A stretch of DNA of 64,000 bases, taken from NCBI GenBank assembly GCA_904063045.1, contig CAJFCJ010000003.1, forward strand, positions 2,652,504 to 2,716,503, in the 5' to 3' direction. This document shows, piece after piece, positions 15,356 through 28,700 of the stretch. Source of the stretch: Dimorphilus gyrociliatus. Taxonomy: Eukaryota > Animalia > Annelida. Every line of letters begins with the position of its first letter. The stretch's first letter is position 1. A program made the position numbers and the translations under genes. A model generated the notes under the pieces. The model had not been told where the DNA came from. It did not search any database and saw only the letters and a program-made list of their open reading frames with translations.

Positions 15356-17130
15356 TTATTTGAAAACATAACAAGGTAATCGAAATTTCACCATTTCAAT
15401 TATATTTATAAAAGATGCTATTGACCCAGTTATAATACATACTATTGCAATAACAACTACTTCAATAGCAAATATTTTCTCATGTAGTTTGACCTCTATT
15501 TCATACTTCTTACATAATTTTAAATACATAGCAATAGGTAAAATAATTATAAAAACATTTATAGTAAGAGAACCGATTAACGATAAAATTGAATCAAAAT
15601 CTAACAGTGTTAGAGATAGAAATGAAACACAAAGGGTAATAGCAGTTCGTATTGCTATTCTTTTACATCCAAATTCTGAAATAAGTGTAATATAATTAAA
15701 ATGATTAAAGTTTACTTGTAATTATACAATAGAATATATACTAAACTATTATTAATTCGAAGAGCTTGTTCTATTAATTGATTCAATTGATTTCCCACGA
15801 TCGTAGAAGCGAAAAAAACGTGAAAAATGATGAAAATTTGACTTGCGTATCTTGTTGTGAAAATAAATTAATGAATATGAATTTTAAATACATGTAATTC
15901 CAACCTCAATTTATCATTTGTTAAATTTAATAAGATATTACTTTTTGTATCATCTCTATAAGTTAACCATGTCACGATTGAGAAGCATAAATAGAAAATA
16001 GTTGAGACTAGTTTAATGATAATGTATCATCTTAGTTAATCATGTTTTGTCTTGTCTGTACAATCATTTACCTACTGCTCCAATTTTCACCGCTAGTTTA
16101 AATTTTGAAGGTTGAATCATATCATGCTGAATATTTGGATAACTGAGCGTAGCTCCATAACTAAAGAAGAATGTTCCAATCGAGAATGCAAATGAATGAA
16201 AAGTAGGTGATGATACAGTTCGAGAAGTTCTAGTAGAGCTTAAATCAGCAATAGTACCATAACACACTAAAGTTGCTGAGAAGAAGATTGCTATTCCACC
16301 AGATAATGCTAGATATCTATTTAAAAGAGATAAAAGTAATATTAATAGTCTTATATATAGAAATATTTAATCCAACTTAATATCCTTAAAGGTTCCTAAC
16401 CAGGAACAGGGTAAATAAAATAATGTAAATATCATTATCCAGTAGCAAATTGATATGTCAATAGAAAACGCATTCTTAAAAATTGATGATGTATTTTCTG
16501 CACAAACTAGAAAGAACGTTGCAAGGGTTCCCAATAGAGTGAAAGCCAGTACGAAGGATAATAAATAGCTATTTAAATAATTAAATTAATTGTATATTTT
16601 GTAATTGTGTTACAAAATACTAGTTCTTACTGTAAATGTTTACCAAATGCTTTCTTTATTATACAACCGTATTGATTTCTCTCATTGTCATCAATTGTTT
16701 CTTGATTTGCTGTTATTGTGTAGCTATCTTCTAATTTCAATGCAGCGTACATTGCTAAAAATCCAAAAAAAGGTAAAGTAGCAATTCCAATATATCCTGT
16801 GAATTGGAAAGAAAGATTATTAGTAGTTTATTTACATTAAAGCATCTTTTTCAATTTAACCTTGATCCTTAAAGGCATTTGGCAGTGCAATCAATCCAAC
16901 CCCAATATTTTCGCCTAAAATAAAAGCTATAGCCCAAAAGATGCCGTACTTTTTAGATTTGAACTGATTAGACTCTTCATTTAACTAAAACCAAAAGAAA
17001 ATAAAATACTAATCCATTATAAATAAGATATTCAAAGCGGAAAAAATTACTACTAAACTCTTTCATCAATATTTTCATCGCTTATTCCATCATCATGTAA
17101 GCATTGATAAGAAGCACAACTTTCTTCCAT
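15356..17130 (-). CDS. Amino-acid/auxin permease (Aa_trans, AVT1/SLC32-36-like) transporter
   Basis: Eight phase-compatible exons 17059-17130, 16861-16984, 16631-16796, 16377-16568, 16072-16316, 15905-16007, 15747-15850, 15356-15675; multiple TM helices with motifs GENIGVGLIALP, AFGK, PCSWLGTFKD, FSYGATLSYPNIQHDMIQPSKF, KRIAIRT, LSLIGS, LPIAMYLKL, PCY. Confidence 0.85.
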
Positions 17131-18275
17131 TTTTTAAATCTCTTATATGATAATGAAAATCTATTTGCCTTCTAAATTTTCAATCAAAAGTAGGTTTGAA
17201 AAATATGAATAATACTTATACACTTGTATATTTGTTGAATGTTATAAACTGCATATTGAAAAGTTTTTGTCAAAATTGAATAAAAGGTTGGCCAATTTAT
17301 TTCTGGTCACGCCTTAAACACGTGATGATAAACACTATTGTCAGGAAAAATGAACTACTAGTTTTAATTTGTCATATTCTGTTGTATATCATAATTAAAT
17401 AGCTGTTACTTGTTCTTACAATTTTTCCAAACATATACAGTATAATAGAATACTATAAAATATTTAACTGGCATATATACATCGTAGAATGTATTAAATA
17501 TTCTACATTACCAATGTTTGAATGCCTGGATAATATCTTGTACGGTAAGTCTAAGTGCGTAGTGCTTAAGTATTAGTATCTAATAAAAATGAATGTAGTA
17601 TTATGTTAACATATTAAGGATACATTATACAGTATATTAGATGGAAATGGACTAGAAATTGTCATTTCGCATAGCCATCTAATCCCTATAAAATGGGTAT
17701 TCCACGAATTTTAACATTAAATGTTAGTTGGAATATAAGAAATATATTTCTAATTACTTTTAAATGCTATCTATACTGCAAGTTTGCTAACTTTAATTAA
17801 GTAGATCTAATTTATCTATAAGATGATTACGGCAGTAATTAATTTACTTCGTATCTCACTTTTTTCAATTACTGTCTCAAGGAGACTCAACCTATCACGG
17901 AAAGGGTCGTTAACTTTGAATTTATAGCAGTAGTTTGTCATGAACATTACTGTATTTTGCATATGCATACGTAAGTAATATATAAATAAATTTGTATATA
18001 TGTAATTATAAGTATGTATATATCAATAAGTCAAAGACAAAGATGCTCTGCTATATATTGACAAGAACGGAGCAGAGTATTGGAGAAAACGGCCCATTTT
18101 TTAGTGTTTTTCCCTAGCCCTAACCCAACAGTTGAGAGGATTCTTTCCACTTTATGCTTCCCAACCATCAGCCCTGCATGAACTGAAAAATACTAAAAAA
18201 AAAATTTTCCCAACCGTAGAAATGCACAAAATCATACCCTAGATTCCCAACCCCAAAATTCTGTAATACACATTT

Positions 18276-18498
18276 CACTCACCCTTGGGAGCTTTAATTG
18301 CTAAGTCGGAACACAGGATATTTGTTCAAAGGGTACTTTTGGATGGCAATTCGTGCGATCAATAGAAATTTAAACTGGAAAAACAATTATTTAAATCCTC
18401 TGAACCAGAGTTTATTAGAGGTACTAAAGTTAGTCTCGCATGATTCACTAACTAATGGCTTAATCAAATTTAATAGACTATTTAGGTCAACTTCTAAA
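18276..18498 (+). pseudogene. Decayed partial duplicate of the GPI last-exon 3' end
   Basis: Aligns by eye to 15040-15261 (for example TTGGGAGCTTTAATTGCTA, CAATTCGTRCGATCAAT, CTAAAGTTAG, ACTAATGG-TTAATCAA, TTCTAAA); TGG has become TAG and there are indels. Confidence 0.9.
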
Positions 18499-18915
18499 GT
18501 TACATTTTAAAAAACTAAACTATATAGTAAAGATAAAGAAAAAAATCCCTTTTTTCAAAATTAACAATAAAATAAACTAGGTATTTAAATACTGCTAGAA
18601 AATATGTTATTAAATTAAATTCTGTCATTTGTTACTTGGAGAGAAAGATGACTATTTATCAATTTTTTTAATTTTCTCTAAAAGTCTCTTAAGTATTATC
18701 ATAAACAATGGATTTTAGTTATTTTCTGTAAATAGAATTGTATTACATGTCATTTTAATATATACTGTATTTTGGTGTATGAATTTAGGAAATATGCTAA
18801 ATAATATATTAGTCTAAGCATTTCATCTTTGTAGAGAAGTTATGTTTACTTTTTTTCGCACAAGAATCGATCTCAAGGAAATATAGACATGTTCCTTTTT
18901 TTTTAAAATGATATC

Positions 18916-19835
18916 TTATAGGACAGGATCATTTTCAATGTCATGATCATAGTCTGGTAGTTCATTTTTTAGACGTGCCGACAAATAAATCATATGTTCT
19001 TCTGGTTCCTTTCTTATCTTTTTTACGCAATCTAAATCTTCCATGTTCTTTCGCCATTTTATTAATTTTGGAAGTTCGTCTTCTGTCATTACTTTCTCCC
19101 CTAAAGTTTTTTCGAGTACAGCAAAACGTTCAATAAATGGCCACATATGAAAATCCAAAAGCACTGGTTCTGATCCTACAAGAAAAACAGATGGCGTTAG
19201 CTTAATACTTTAAAAAAATATTGTCAAGACCATAATTGATCTTACTCTAACCTCCAAAAAATTTGTCTTTTATCTCGGCTTCATAAGGTTTTAGACTGTT
19301 TCTTAAAGCTGGCATACCAACTGACTTATCTACGCGGCTAAAGAGTAAATCGTGATATTTACCAGTCACCTAAAAGCGCACAGTTATTTGTTAGGAAGAT
19401 GAAACTACTTAGAATTAAAAGACTATACAAACTGATGAAAAGGCATCAATAAACATACGATGGCGAACCCTCGTCAAACCATCGCTAGGAATTAATGATT
19501 TAGCATACATTTCAGCCAAATATTCACAACAGGCAGAAGATTCATAAATAATAATATTATCTTTCTCAATAATTGGAGTTGCCCCGTTTGGGTTCAGTTG
19601 TAAAAACCATTTTGGTTTATTTGTAAGATTAATATTGACGGTCTCGTGCCTATTTCACAAGAGAATTTATATATAAATTGAAATATGGTTCATTTAGTTT
19701 GACTTACTGAATTCTTTTATGCCATAAAATTAGTCTTGCTCTTTGGGCAAAAGGACAAAATCTCATGCTATATATACGTAATTTTCCAGTTTTTTCTGGA
19801 CAAGTATCATTTTCAGACAAGTGTTTAGTGTTCAT
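18916..19835 (-). CDS. GSTO1: Glutathione S-transferase omega
   Basis: Exons 19708-19835, 19433-19649, 19252-19369, 18916-19175; LRIYSMRFCPFAQRARL active site, NINLTNKPKWF, IYES, LDFHMWPFIER, PKLIKW. Confidence 0.93.
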
Positions 19836-20428
19836 AATGATTCTCTGAAAATAACTGAGTTAAGAGTGAACAAATTTAGGACATATGATAACCTTCACCT
19901 TGCTACAAAAAAGTTTTATTTATTTATTACCTCTTCTTTCGTTTAGAAGATATAGATAAGGTTCGCAGTGAATTTCTGCTAAAGAAATTGATCAATTTGA
20001 GTTTTTCAAAGTAAAATAACTTGGAAACAAAGTAAATATTAATATTAACATGATAAACAACACACTATGCTGGAAAATGGATATAATAATTTCTCGATTT
20101 TTATTAGAACAGCCTTTAAGAAAGACTTGGCCAATTTTATCATATCAATAAAATTTTCTTATACTGTATTTTAGCGAGGGAATATCATAAATTATATTTC
20201 CAGCTGATATACAAGCGAAAAAAAGGGTTTTTCTTCCAATCCTCTACCATATTATAAGATTAACAGATTAATCTTCAATCTGTATTACCTATAAAATTTA
20301 TTGATATAATATATACATATCTGCAAAATAAATAAAAATGTGTTCATGAACTTCAATGTAAGGCCAGTGTTTTCAAACGATAAAAGTTTAGGCACACAGA
20401 ATAGACATTTAAAGTCTCTTAATACTCC

Positions 20429-20872
20429 TCAAGAATCTATATCTTCTTTATCTTCGTCTACTTCAGTGAGGCGGAAAACTTTCATGTAATCATGCTGCGT
20501 TAGCCAAATTTCCATTAACCTTTTTATTTTTTCTGTATATTCGTTCTGAAAATCAAATTTCACTGATTGTTATACGAGAATACACTGTTTTCTACATCAA
20601 AGATTGAATATTACTTGAATATTTTTCAAATAATGCTGTTGCCTGTGTGGATGTAGTTCATATACAAAAGATTCCCAATCGACTCTATAGGCTCCAACTT
20701 GCTTAATTATTTCTAATTTCTGGTCCAAATAATCAAAATGATCTTTGGGTCTTTCAATCATCAAAGCGGCTAATAAGCTAGAGAACATTTCAGGAATGTG
20801 ATTTGATTCAATATACGCCCTCTTAGCATCACGTTCTGAAATAGGACCCTTTGAAATTCCTGAATCCTCCAT
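20429..20872 (-). CDS. Small protein with N-terminal dimerization/docking (RIIa/DPY-30-like D/D) domain
   Basis: AYIESNHIPEMFSSLLAALMIERPKDHFDYL fits the YL-x-x-x-x-I-x-x-LF-x-x-L...L...RP-x-x-P/H-x-x-Y/FL pattern; a second phase-0 exon 20429-20555 ends in an acidic tail. Confidence 0.7.
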
Positions 20873-23830
20873 AACTAGTCTAGTAATACGTTTCTAATTT
20901 AATAAGGATTGTTTTTATTAAATTTCAAAAATTTCGAAATATTTCACTTACAGAGAAACAACGAGTAGGAAAGTCAAGTTCTTTTACAACGAGTTGTTTA
21001 CCTTCGTCGGCAACGGTAAGACTTGATTATTTTCGTATCTTTTCTAAAACTTTATTAAAAGAGCATTAAAAGATGTTTCAGCTCTTTTTAGAACAACGAG
21101 ATTTTTTGTATATTTTATATTTTATTCTATAATTGACTTTTACAAAAATATTCCAATCTTTTTATACTTTTTTTATATTATTTCAAAATTTCTCTACTCA
21201 TCTTTCACTAGTTAGTATTTTTTAAATAAATTATAATGGCTTTTATGAAATTAACGATGTTTAGATTAATTTTAAAATAATTTTTACTAGTTAAACCACT
21301 AATTTTTATATATTTTAAACATATTTACTAATTTTTATTAGAATATAATAATTTTGCTCAACTCCGTATATTATCGCTCATAATTGATTTCCTCTCCCCT
21401 TACTCTCTCTTATTAAAACTATTATAATTGATTTAAGATTTAAAATAACTTGGAATATTTTATACTTTTTGATTTTAATCAAATAGAAAAAAGTTAAATA
21501 TTTTTAATTGTCAAAATATAGAATACAAAGTTTTGAGAAAAGAACAAAAAAGTTGGAATATAAGTTTTTTCAATTGATTCTCTTTTAGAAAATTAGATAG
21601 AATGGCACCCTGTGTCTTTCATTTTTTCATTCTTAATAAAAATAATAAGATGTCTGCAAAGAAAATCAGCGCCTCCTACATAAAAAAGATATCTAATTGA
21701 GGACGTTATAAAGGCCAAAAAATGGGAGTATTTTCCCTTGCAAATGTCGTAGGAAAATACTGTCAGATATTTTGTAATTTCATAAAGATTATTGTATTCT
21801 TTCAATTTTTGTATCTCGAAATGTCATCATTTTATCAACTGCATAAATAATTTGACAATATTTTTTTTATTATTATTACCATAAATTAACATAGAGAGAC
21901 GTAATGCCTAATCTATACAGTATATTAGGCATAATCTCTTAAAAAATGTGAACAATATTACTTTTGTTCTTTTTTTGGAACAAGAAAATCATCTTATTTT
22001 CTCATCTTTCTTATATATATATATATACTGGAGAGCCTTGCAGCCAGCGAAAGAGGAAAGAAAATGTCACCAATTTTGGACGACATAATTTTGTCAAATA
22101 TTCCAATGCTTCCTTGTTTCTTTACGTAAAATTGACTAGTCGTAATGGGACATAGAGACAACGTCTAATAGAGTTTGTTTCCACAAGGTTCACCTTAAAT
22201 TGTGTCGTTGTTTCATCATTATTAATATCATTGTGAACAAGTTGTATAATAGTGTTTTAAGAAAGAATATAATTAGTCTTTACGTGTATAAAATATAAAT
22301 AGAAGAATTTCCTATATTTCACAATCTTTAAAATGGCAAACTAGAAGCAGCATTTCCAGTATAAACTCCACAGCGTTTATACTGTATATTTTATATTAGG
22401 CTTATATAGAATAATTATTACTAATATTCTATTTATTCTTCATTAGAATATATACTTTTGACTAAGAATATTACCATAAAACTCTGTAACAATAGCCTTA
22501 AGCCTGATTTATAAATAAATTGCTTTTCACAATTAGGCATTCGTTATAATTAAACTTTAATAAATATAATAATTCAATGTAAATAATATACTACATAATG
22601 GGTAATGAACACACGTTCTGTGTTTAAAATTATATACTTTAGCTAAGTATCAATACCCAAATTTTTCTAGTATTTAGCCTGAAAAACTTCTAATCCGTTT
22701 TCATTAGCTGTATATAAACCTTTCCAATATCCTTAATAAGAAAATTAATTTCCATAGTTAGTTATTACATCCATCTAATTTCTATTTATATACATTTTCT
22801 AACAGTAAATAAAGCGTTAAAACCAGGATTTCAATAGGTCGAGAGGTTGTATAAAATTTTATTATGTGTAGTTTTTCAATTAACTTTTTAAACTAGATGA
22901 AAAGAAAAAACAAAAGAAGACAAATAAACTACATAAATATTTTATATATCAATAAAGTTATTTGTTATTTAGCAATTCAACAGTTGTTGAAAAATGATTT
23001 TTTAAAAATCGATTCTACATTTTCAACAGAAGAATTCGAGTTAAAATATATCTGTTATACTAACTCGCACTTGTCGTTTTATCACTGATAATTTCCTATC
23101 AGAGATAGAGAAGTTTCTTAGACACAAAAGAGAATATCTATAATTGCCAAGGTAACTTTATTTGTATTGCTTCTCATTATTCTGTATAAGTAAAACTTTA
23201 TGGGGAAGAATAGGGAAGAGAAGAGAGTGAGGGTGTGTAGAAAAGAGGAAAAGATATTAGTTTAATGATTTTTCCTTTATTTCTAATTCTCTTTTTCTCC
23301 TGTATTCCAAACAAATGAGTATCGTTCATTTGATACTTTTATTTGTTGTTGCAGTAGCTATATTATTTTACACTCACGCAAAAAATATGTCACTTTTACC
23401 CGAATAGCATCCGAATTTTACGACAATATTACGTTTATACACAAATCTTCATCATTATAGAAAAAACGGACTACATATTCTGCTAAAATTTTTAAATGTA
23501 ACATCTAATGTCTAAAACAATTGTTATAATAGAATTTTCAGTTTTTCCAAGTGTCTTCCTCTCTGTATATACAGTATGCATATATATATAAATAGAGTAT
23601 AATAGTATATATCGCCTAGTTATAGCTACATGTAGACCTACAACCTAAAAGCATGGCCATCCCGCACGATATCTCCACTTTGATGGGAAGTCTATTGATT
23701 TCATGGGCCTGGACCTTTCTTTTATCAAAATCTAGGCATAATCGTGTAAACCATCGTTTTAGAACCGTACAACGAACAAGACTTGTTCTGACCTCATTCG
23801 ACTAGCAGCCAAGATAAGAAGGTGAAGAGT

Positions 23831-25000
23831 ATGTCTGATTTGGCCCCTTTCTTAACGAAATATTGGAAAGAGACGACGATAACTATAGCTATTGGCACGT
23901 CGGCGTTAATCGCTTATAAAAAATGGACTGCTAATAAACGACTTAAGGAGGCCACAGATGAAGAGGAAGATGATATGGACGGTAGGGAGAAGCCTGAGAG
24001 AATGCAATCAGAGAATTTCGAATCAGTTGACAACGACTTTTATGACGACCTCGCGAATTGTCCCGAAAAACAACTAGAATATCAACCAAGGAAAGTACTT
24101 TCCTCTAATGATACTGCGCTTAGCTTAATCCACATATCAGTTTATACGGCATATATTATATGTAACACACACATACACAAGAAGATATATCGATTAGGCT
24201 CAAGTCTACTGATTACATAGATGAAGTTTAAATTTTAGTTAATTTTATCTCCTACTAGCAGAATGATAATGACTATTATTTTAACAGTCGCTACACTGAA
24301 GATGAAATGTTTACCAGAGCCAAGGAATTTTTTAACTTGATGAATTTAAGACGTTCTTGTAGATTTATGAGTGACGCACCTGTGCCCAGAGAAGTTATCG
24401 AAGAAATAATTCGAACTGCTTCAACTGGTCCGTCTGGGGCCCATACCCAACCGTGGACTTACGTTGTTGTTCAGAATCCTGAATACAAGAAGGAAATTCG
24501 TAGAATAATTGAAGAAGAGGAAGAAGTTAATTACAGGAAGAGAATGGGAATGAAGTGGATTAATGATTTAAAAAATTTAAGAACATCTTGGTCTTGGAAG
24601 AAGCCCTATTTGGAAGATGCACCATATTTGATAGTCGTTTTTAAACAGGCTTACGCTCTATCTAATGGTCATAGAAAAACCTTGTACTATAATGAAATTT
24701 CAACTTGTATTTCAGTTGGTATTTTGCTTGCAGCAATACAGGTTGGCTAAAAATTAACTCTTCTTTTCAATAGCAATATTTAGAACGAACTTACTAACTA
24801 TAATATTTTTATAGAATGTTGGACTGTGCACTTTAACGAGTACACCAATGAATGCTGGACCCCGCCTACGAAGCTTATTAAATAGACCACCAAATGAGAA
24901 AGTTATCTTACTTCTTCCAGTGGGTTACGCTGCTACAGATGCAACCGTACCAGATTTGAAAAGAAAAGAATTGAAAGACGTCCTCATTTGGGAAGATTAA
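23831..25000 (+). CDS. IYD: Iodotyrosine deiodinase (nitroreductase fold) with N-terminal membrane anchor
   Basis: [48 protein letters not shown], and last exon [36 protein letters not shown]...VPDLKRK; the first intron boundaries are not fully resolved. Confidence 0.95.
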
Positions 25001-25633
25001 AACAGTTCTGAATTAATAAATTAAAAAATATTTAAATATTAAGAATCATAGTTTTTTTCGTATTTTTTCTCGATTTTTCTATACAGTAGAGATATTTTAT
25101 GGATTACAATATCACAGTTTACACAATGTGCAAATTTTAAACAATTATCATATACCTGTTTACATAATATATCTTATATACCTATATATTTATAATATTA
25201 ATATATAAAACGTATATATTAGTAATATATATACCGTATATACAGTATATATATATATATATATATATATACTGTTTATTAAAAATTATGTTAATAAATC
25301 ACTATTTTAATTAATTTACATAATAATTAATGTAAAAAAAATGTTTGTTTGTAGTTAAAATAATAGTCATCTATGCTTTTTCGTCAATCCAGCTCTGGGA
25401 TTATGAAAAGAACAGAAGACAATGAAAAACAAACAACCTTTTTTCTTGTTTTTAATTAGAAAAAATTCACTATATAATAAATTCTTGTATAGCATATAAA
25501 TATGATAGTTGGAAAAGAGAGAACGTTTCCTATATGAGCATAATTTTTTTACGCTTTTTATCTTCTTTTATCTTTTTTTTATGTTCATATTTTTAACATT
25601 TTTCTTTTTTTTCATTTTCTTGAAAAAATCTTA

Positions 25634-25752
25634 TCAGCAGAGAACGAGGAGGAAGAAAACGAAGAAAACTAGGCTATTTATTCTTGATCGAAAGCTTGCG
25701 GCGGGATTATTCATATATCTATTGTTTTCAGCCGATTGTTGATGATTATTAT
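25634..25752 (-). CDS. sol-1-like terminal exon with hydrophobic C-terminal tail
   Basis: TTTTGCAG|AT...; DNNHQQSAENNRYMNNPAASFRSRINSLVFFVFFLLVLC*; phase 1 matches the preceding exon. Confidence 0.6.
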
Positions 25753-28700
25753 CTGCAAAAAAGAGAAATAACAATAATTTCTGAGCTCCTTTCAGAGTTG
25801 AAAAAATAAGAATTGGATAATTATTTTTAAAGCTGTTGTTCTTTTTTTTTTTAGCTTTTATATGAATGAAAGGAAAGGAGCATGCAATATATATATGTAC
25901 ATCTATATGAAATTCAATATATACGACTGGTAGAGGGTGTATTGATATTTTAAGGAAAAAAAGAAATAAATATGACTATTGGAATTGTAATTTCAAAATC
26001 TGGACTGACGATGTGGAACATTGAAAATCGAAAGTTCGTTAGTGGGAAACGACCCTTTTGGGACAAGAGTATTTCGGATTTGACGCCTGTATTTTAACGC
26101 TTAAATATGCTTTTCATTCTCGTTTAAGGTTTAAATAAAAAAAAATTAATGATATTTACTTTTTCCTTAAAAAATATAAACTATAGTGAATGATGAAAAA
26201 GGAAGGAAAGTCTGATCCTTTACCTAATTACGATTGTTCGCTAAAACTATTTATATTTTTATAATATCATTTTGTCCTAAAAAGTAACACATCTATGGAT
26301 AAAAATAGAAAAACAGACATAATTTTGGCCTATAAGTTATACATTATACGAACGATGTTCTCAATAAAGAGGATTAATTTTTTTATATCTACTAAGAAAT
26401 ATAAATATACCATTGAAATAAGAATTTATGCATTTATATATGCAGTATATACTGTAGGTCGACTGTTGAGTGCTTCGTAATCGTAACGAAGATTAGTATT
26501 TTAAGACTATTTTATTATCATTCTTTCTCCCATTAAATATCTACACTTTGCATTAATGATCATTATAGAAAATGTATGAAGGGTATTTGGAAGTGAAAGG
26601 AAATCCGCTACATTTGTGGTTGAGAACAAAGTACCCTACCAAGTGAGTATGAATACATTTTAAGATGTTAAAGAGAATTTGTAGCTTACTATACATAGAG
26701 TAATATATATATATATATATACCCAAATTTACAATATACTTTATGTATACGTATATTAGCTATTGAGTAGCAGAGCACGAGAAAGCCATTATAGCTTTTT
26801 TATCCAAGTTACTTAATATTTTCTAGTAAAGTTGAATAGATGCCACCTTCGAACTCTTTATTGGGCGTCGAACCGTAATAGAGCGTGACGTTTCCGCTAT
26901 GTACGGTCACAATATTCGCTATAACGATTCTTTTTGATGACCCACATAACTCTTATTTATCTATACACCCTTATTCTATATCTAGTCTTTGTATTTTTGT
27001 TTAAATTATAGAAAGCCTTGTCAAGCAGCAGCTTGAACTTTAAGAGAATGGGAAAGAAAGTTTTAGAAACAAAGATAGGAATAAGATAGGTTTAACAGAA
27101 CAATTCTAAAATGGTTAATTCTATATCTATTCGTAAAATCTCATTGAATGACCTTTTTTCTTTTTGAACTGGTAGCTCGCTTCAAATCCTTTATCATCGT
27201 AAACCGAATTAGATTTAAAGATAACCCTGAAGTATGGGCCGTCCGAAGTGACCGTTCTTTGATGCGTACTTAAAAAATTTCCGCATAACTTGCTCATCTT
27301 CCTATCTGATATACGAAAACCAAAATTGCTGAATGACACAGAATCGCTTTTTGTTTCTTCTGTACAAGGTTTGATACCCTCGACTGAGAAAGTTAAAAAG
27401 TGAATTTGAACTATTTCTTCTTCTTCCATTTCTCCTTTGAAAACGTACTGGCATTCAGTATTCCGGGGATAATCACCAGGATAATTTGGACTAGTAAACA
27501 TGCCACTTTTAGCCTGACGGCTAGTAAAAGTGAAGATACATTTATCAGCTTTATCTTGTATCCCCGTATAAATACCAAAATTAGTTAGAAATTTGTATCT
27601 AGCTTTGAAACCCTTAAATGGAGCCTTGATACTAGACTCTTCCCGTTCTACCGAATCAAAGATAACCTCCATAAATTGATTCGGTGACATAAGTTGGCGG
27701 TTATCCATTTCCCCGCAGAAAAGTCCGATATCTTTCAAATCTCCCTCATCTTTAATTTGTACTCGTATAGAATCAATAGATGTACACCTAGAAGGGAAAA
27801 TATAAGCAATATATTATTTTATATAGTATTTACGACGTTACAAGTCTATAAAAGTATGAATTTTAATAATTCAACATAAATATCCAGTTTAAAACTATTA
27901 AAACGTATATAAACTTAATAGAAGGTGTATATATTTTACAAATATTTCACCTTAAAGATATTAGGAAATGAAACGCAGATAAATTAATAAAAAAGATTAT
28001 AGTTTCGAGCAGAAATGCGGATATTTTTAGACATTCTTCCATTGACTAAATCAGATTAAAAAGACGCTAGAGAAAACGACTAATTGCGGTAAAAAGTCTA
28101 AAAAAAACTAATAAAATATTAAACAGAATGTATAATAATTTGTATAGCAATAAGACAACATAACCACTTTATTTCTATGTGGACGACAGATTTTCCTGTA
28201 CGGAAATATATTCTACTTCTCTTTATTTACATAAGAAATGGTATAGTAAATTGAATTATAAGTATTTTTTAATCATTAATTAATTAATATTTGCATAATT
28301 ATATTAATGATTAATTCATAATTGAAAACAGGCTGTATTACTGCTTTATTAATTGTTTTTTCTCAGCTTTCTATATCAATAGACAGGACTATAAATATAT
28401 TTCTTATAAACTACCCTTTCCATACCAAAGGATGATGGTAACTATGTTAGTTTTGTGTTTGTTCCATTAGTGTCTGTTTACCAAGCAATATTCCGCTTAA
28501 ATGACACTGATACTATTCTTTTTATTCCACCTAATCTCTTCTTTATATATTTATACTTTCCTCTTTCAAAGAAAATTTCTCTTTTTTATTTAACAAGTAA
28601 ATTTACATTTACTAATTAAAATATTTTATCTATTTATCTAACTAATTAAAAAGATACTAAAATATTATAAGCGCAGTTATTATACTTACTCAGTCGGATC

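Noticed and set aside
18298-18510. 70-aa ORF as a real gene
   Set aside because: It is an out-of-frame reading of the decayed GPI duplicate.
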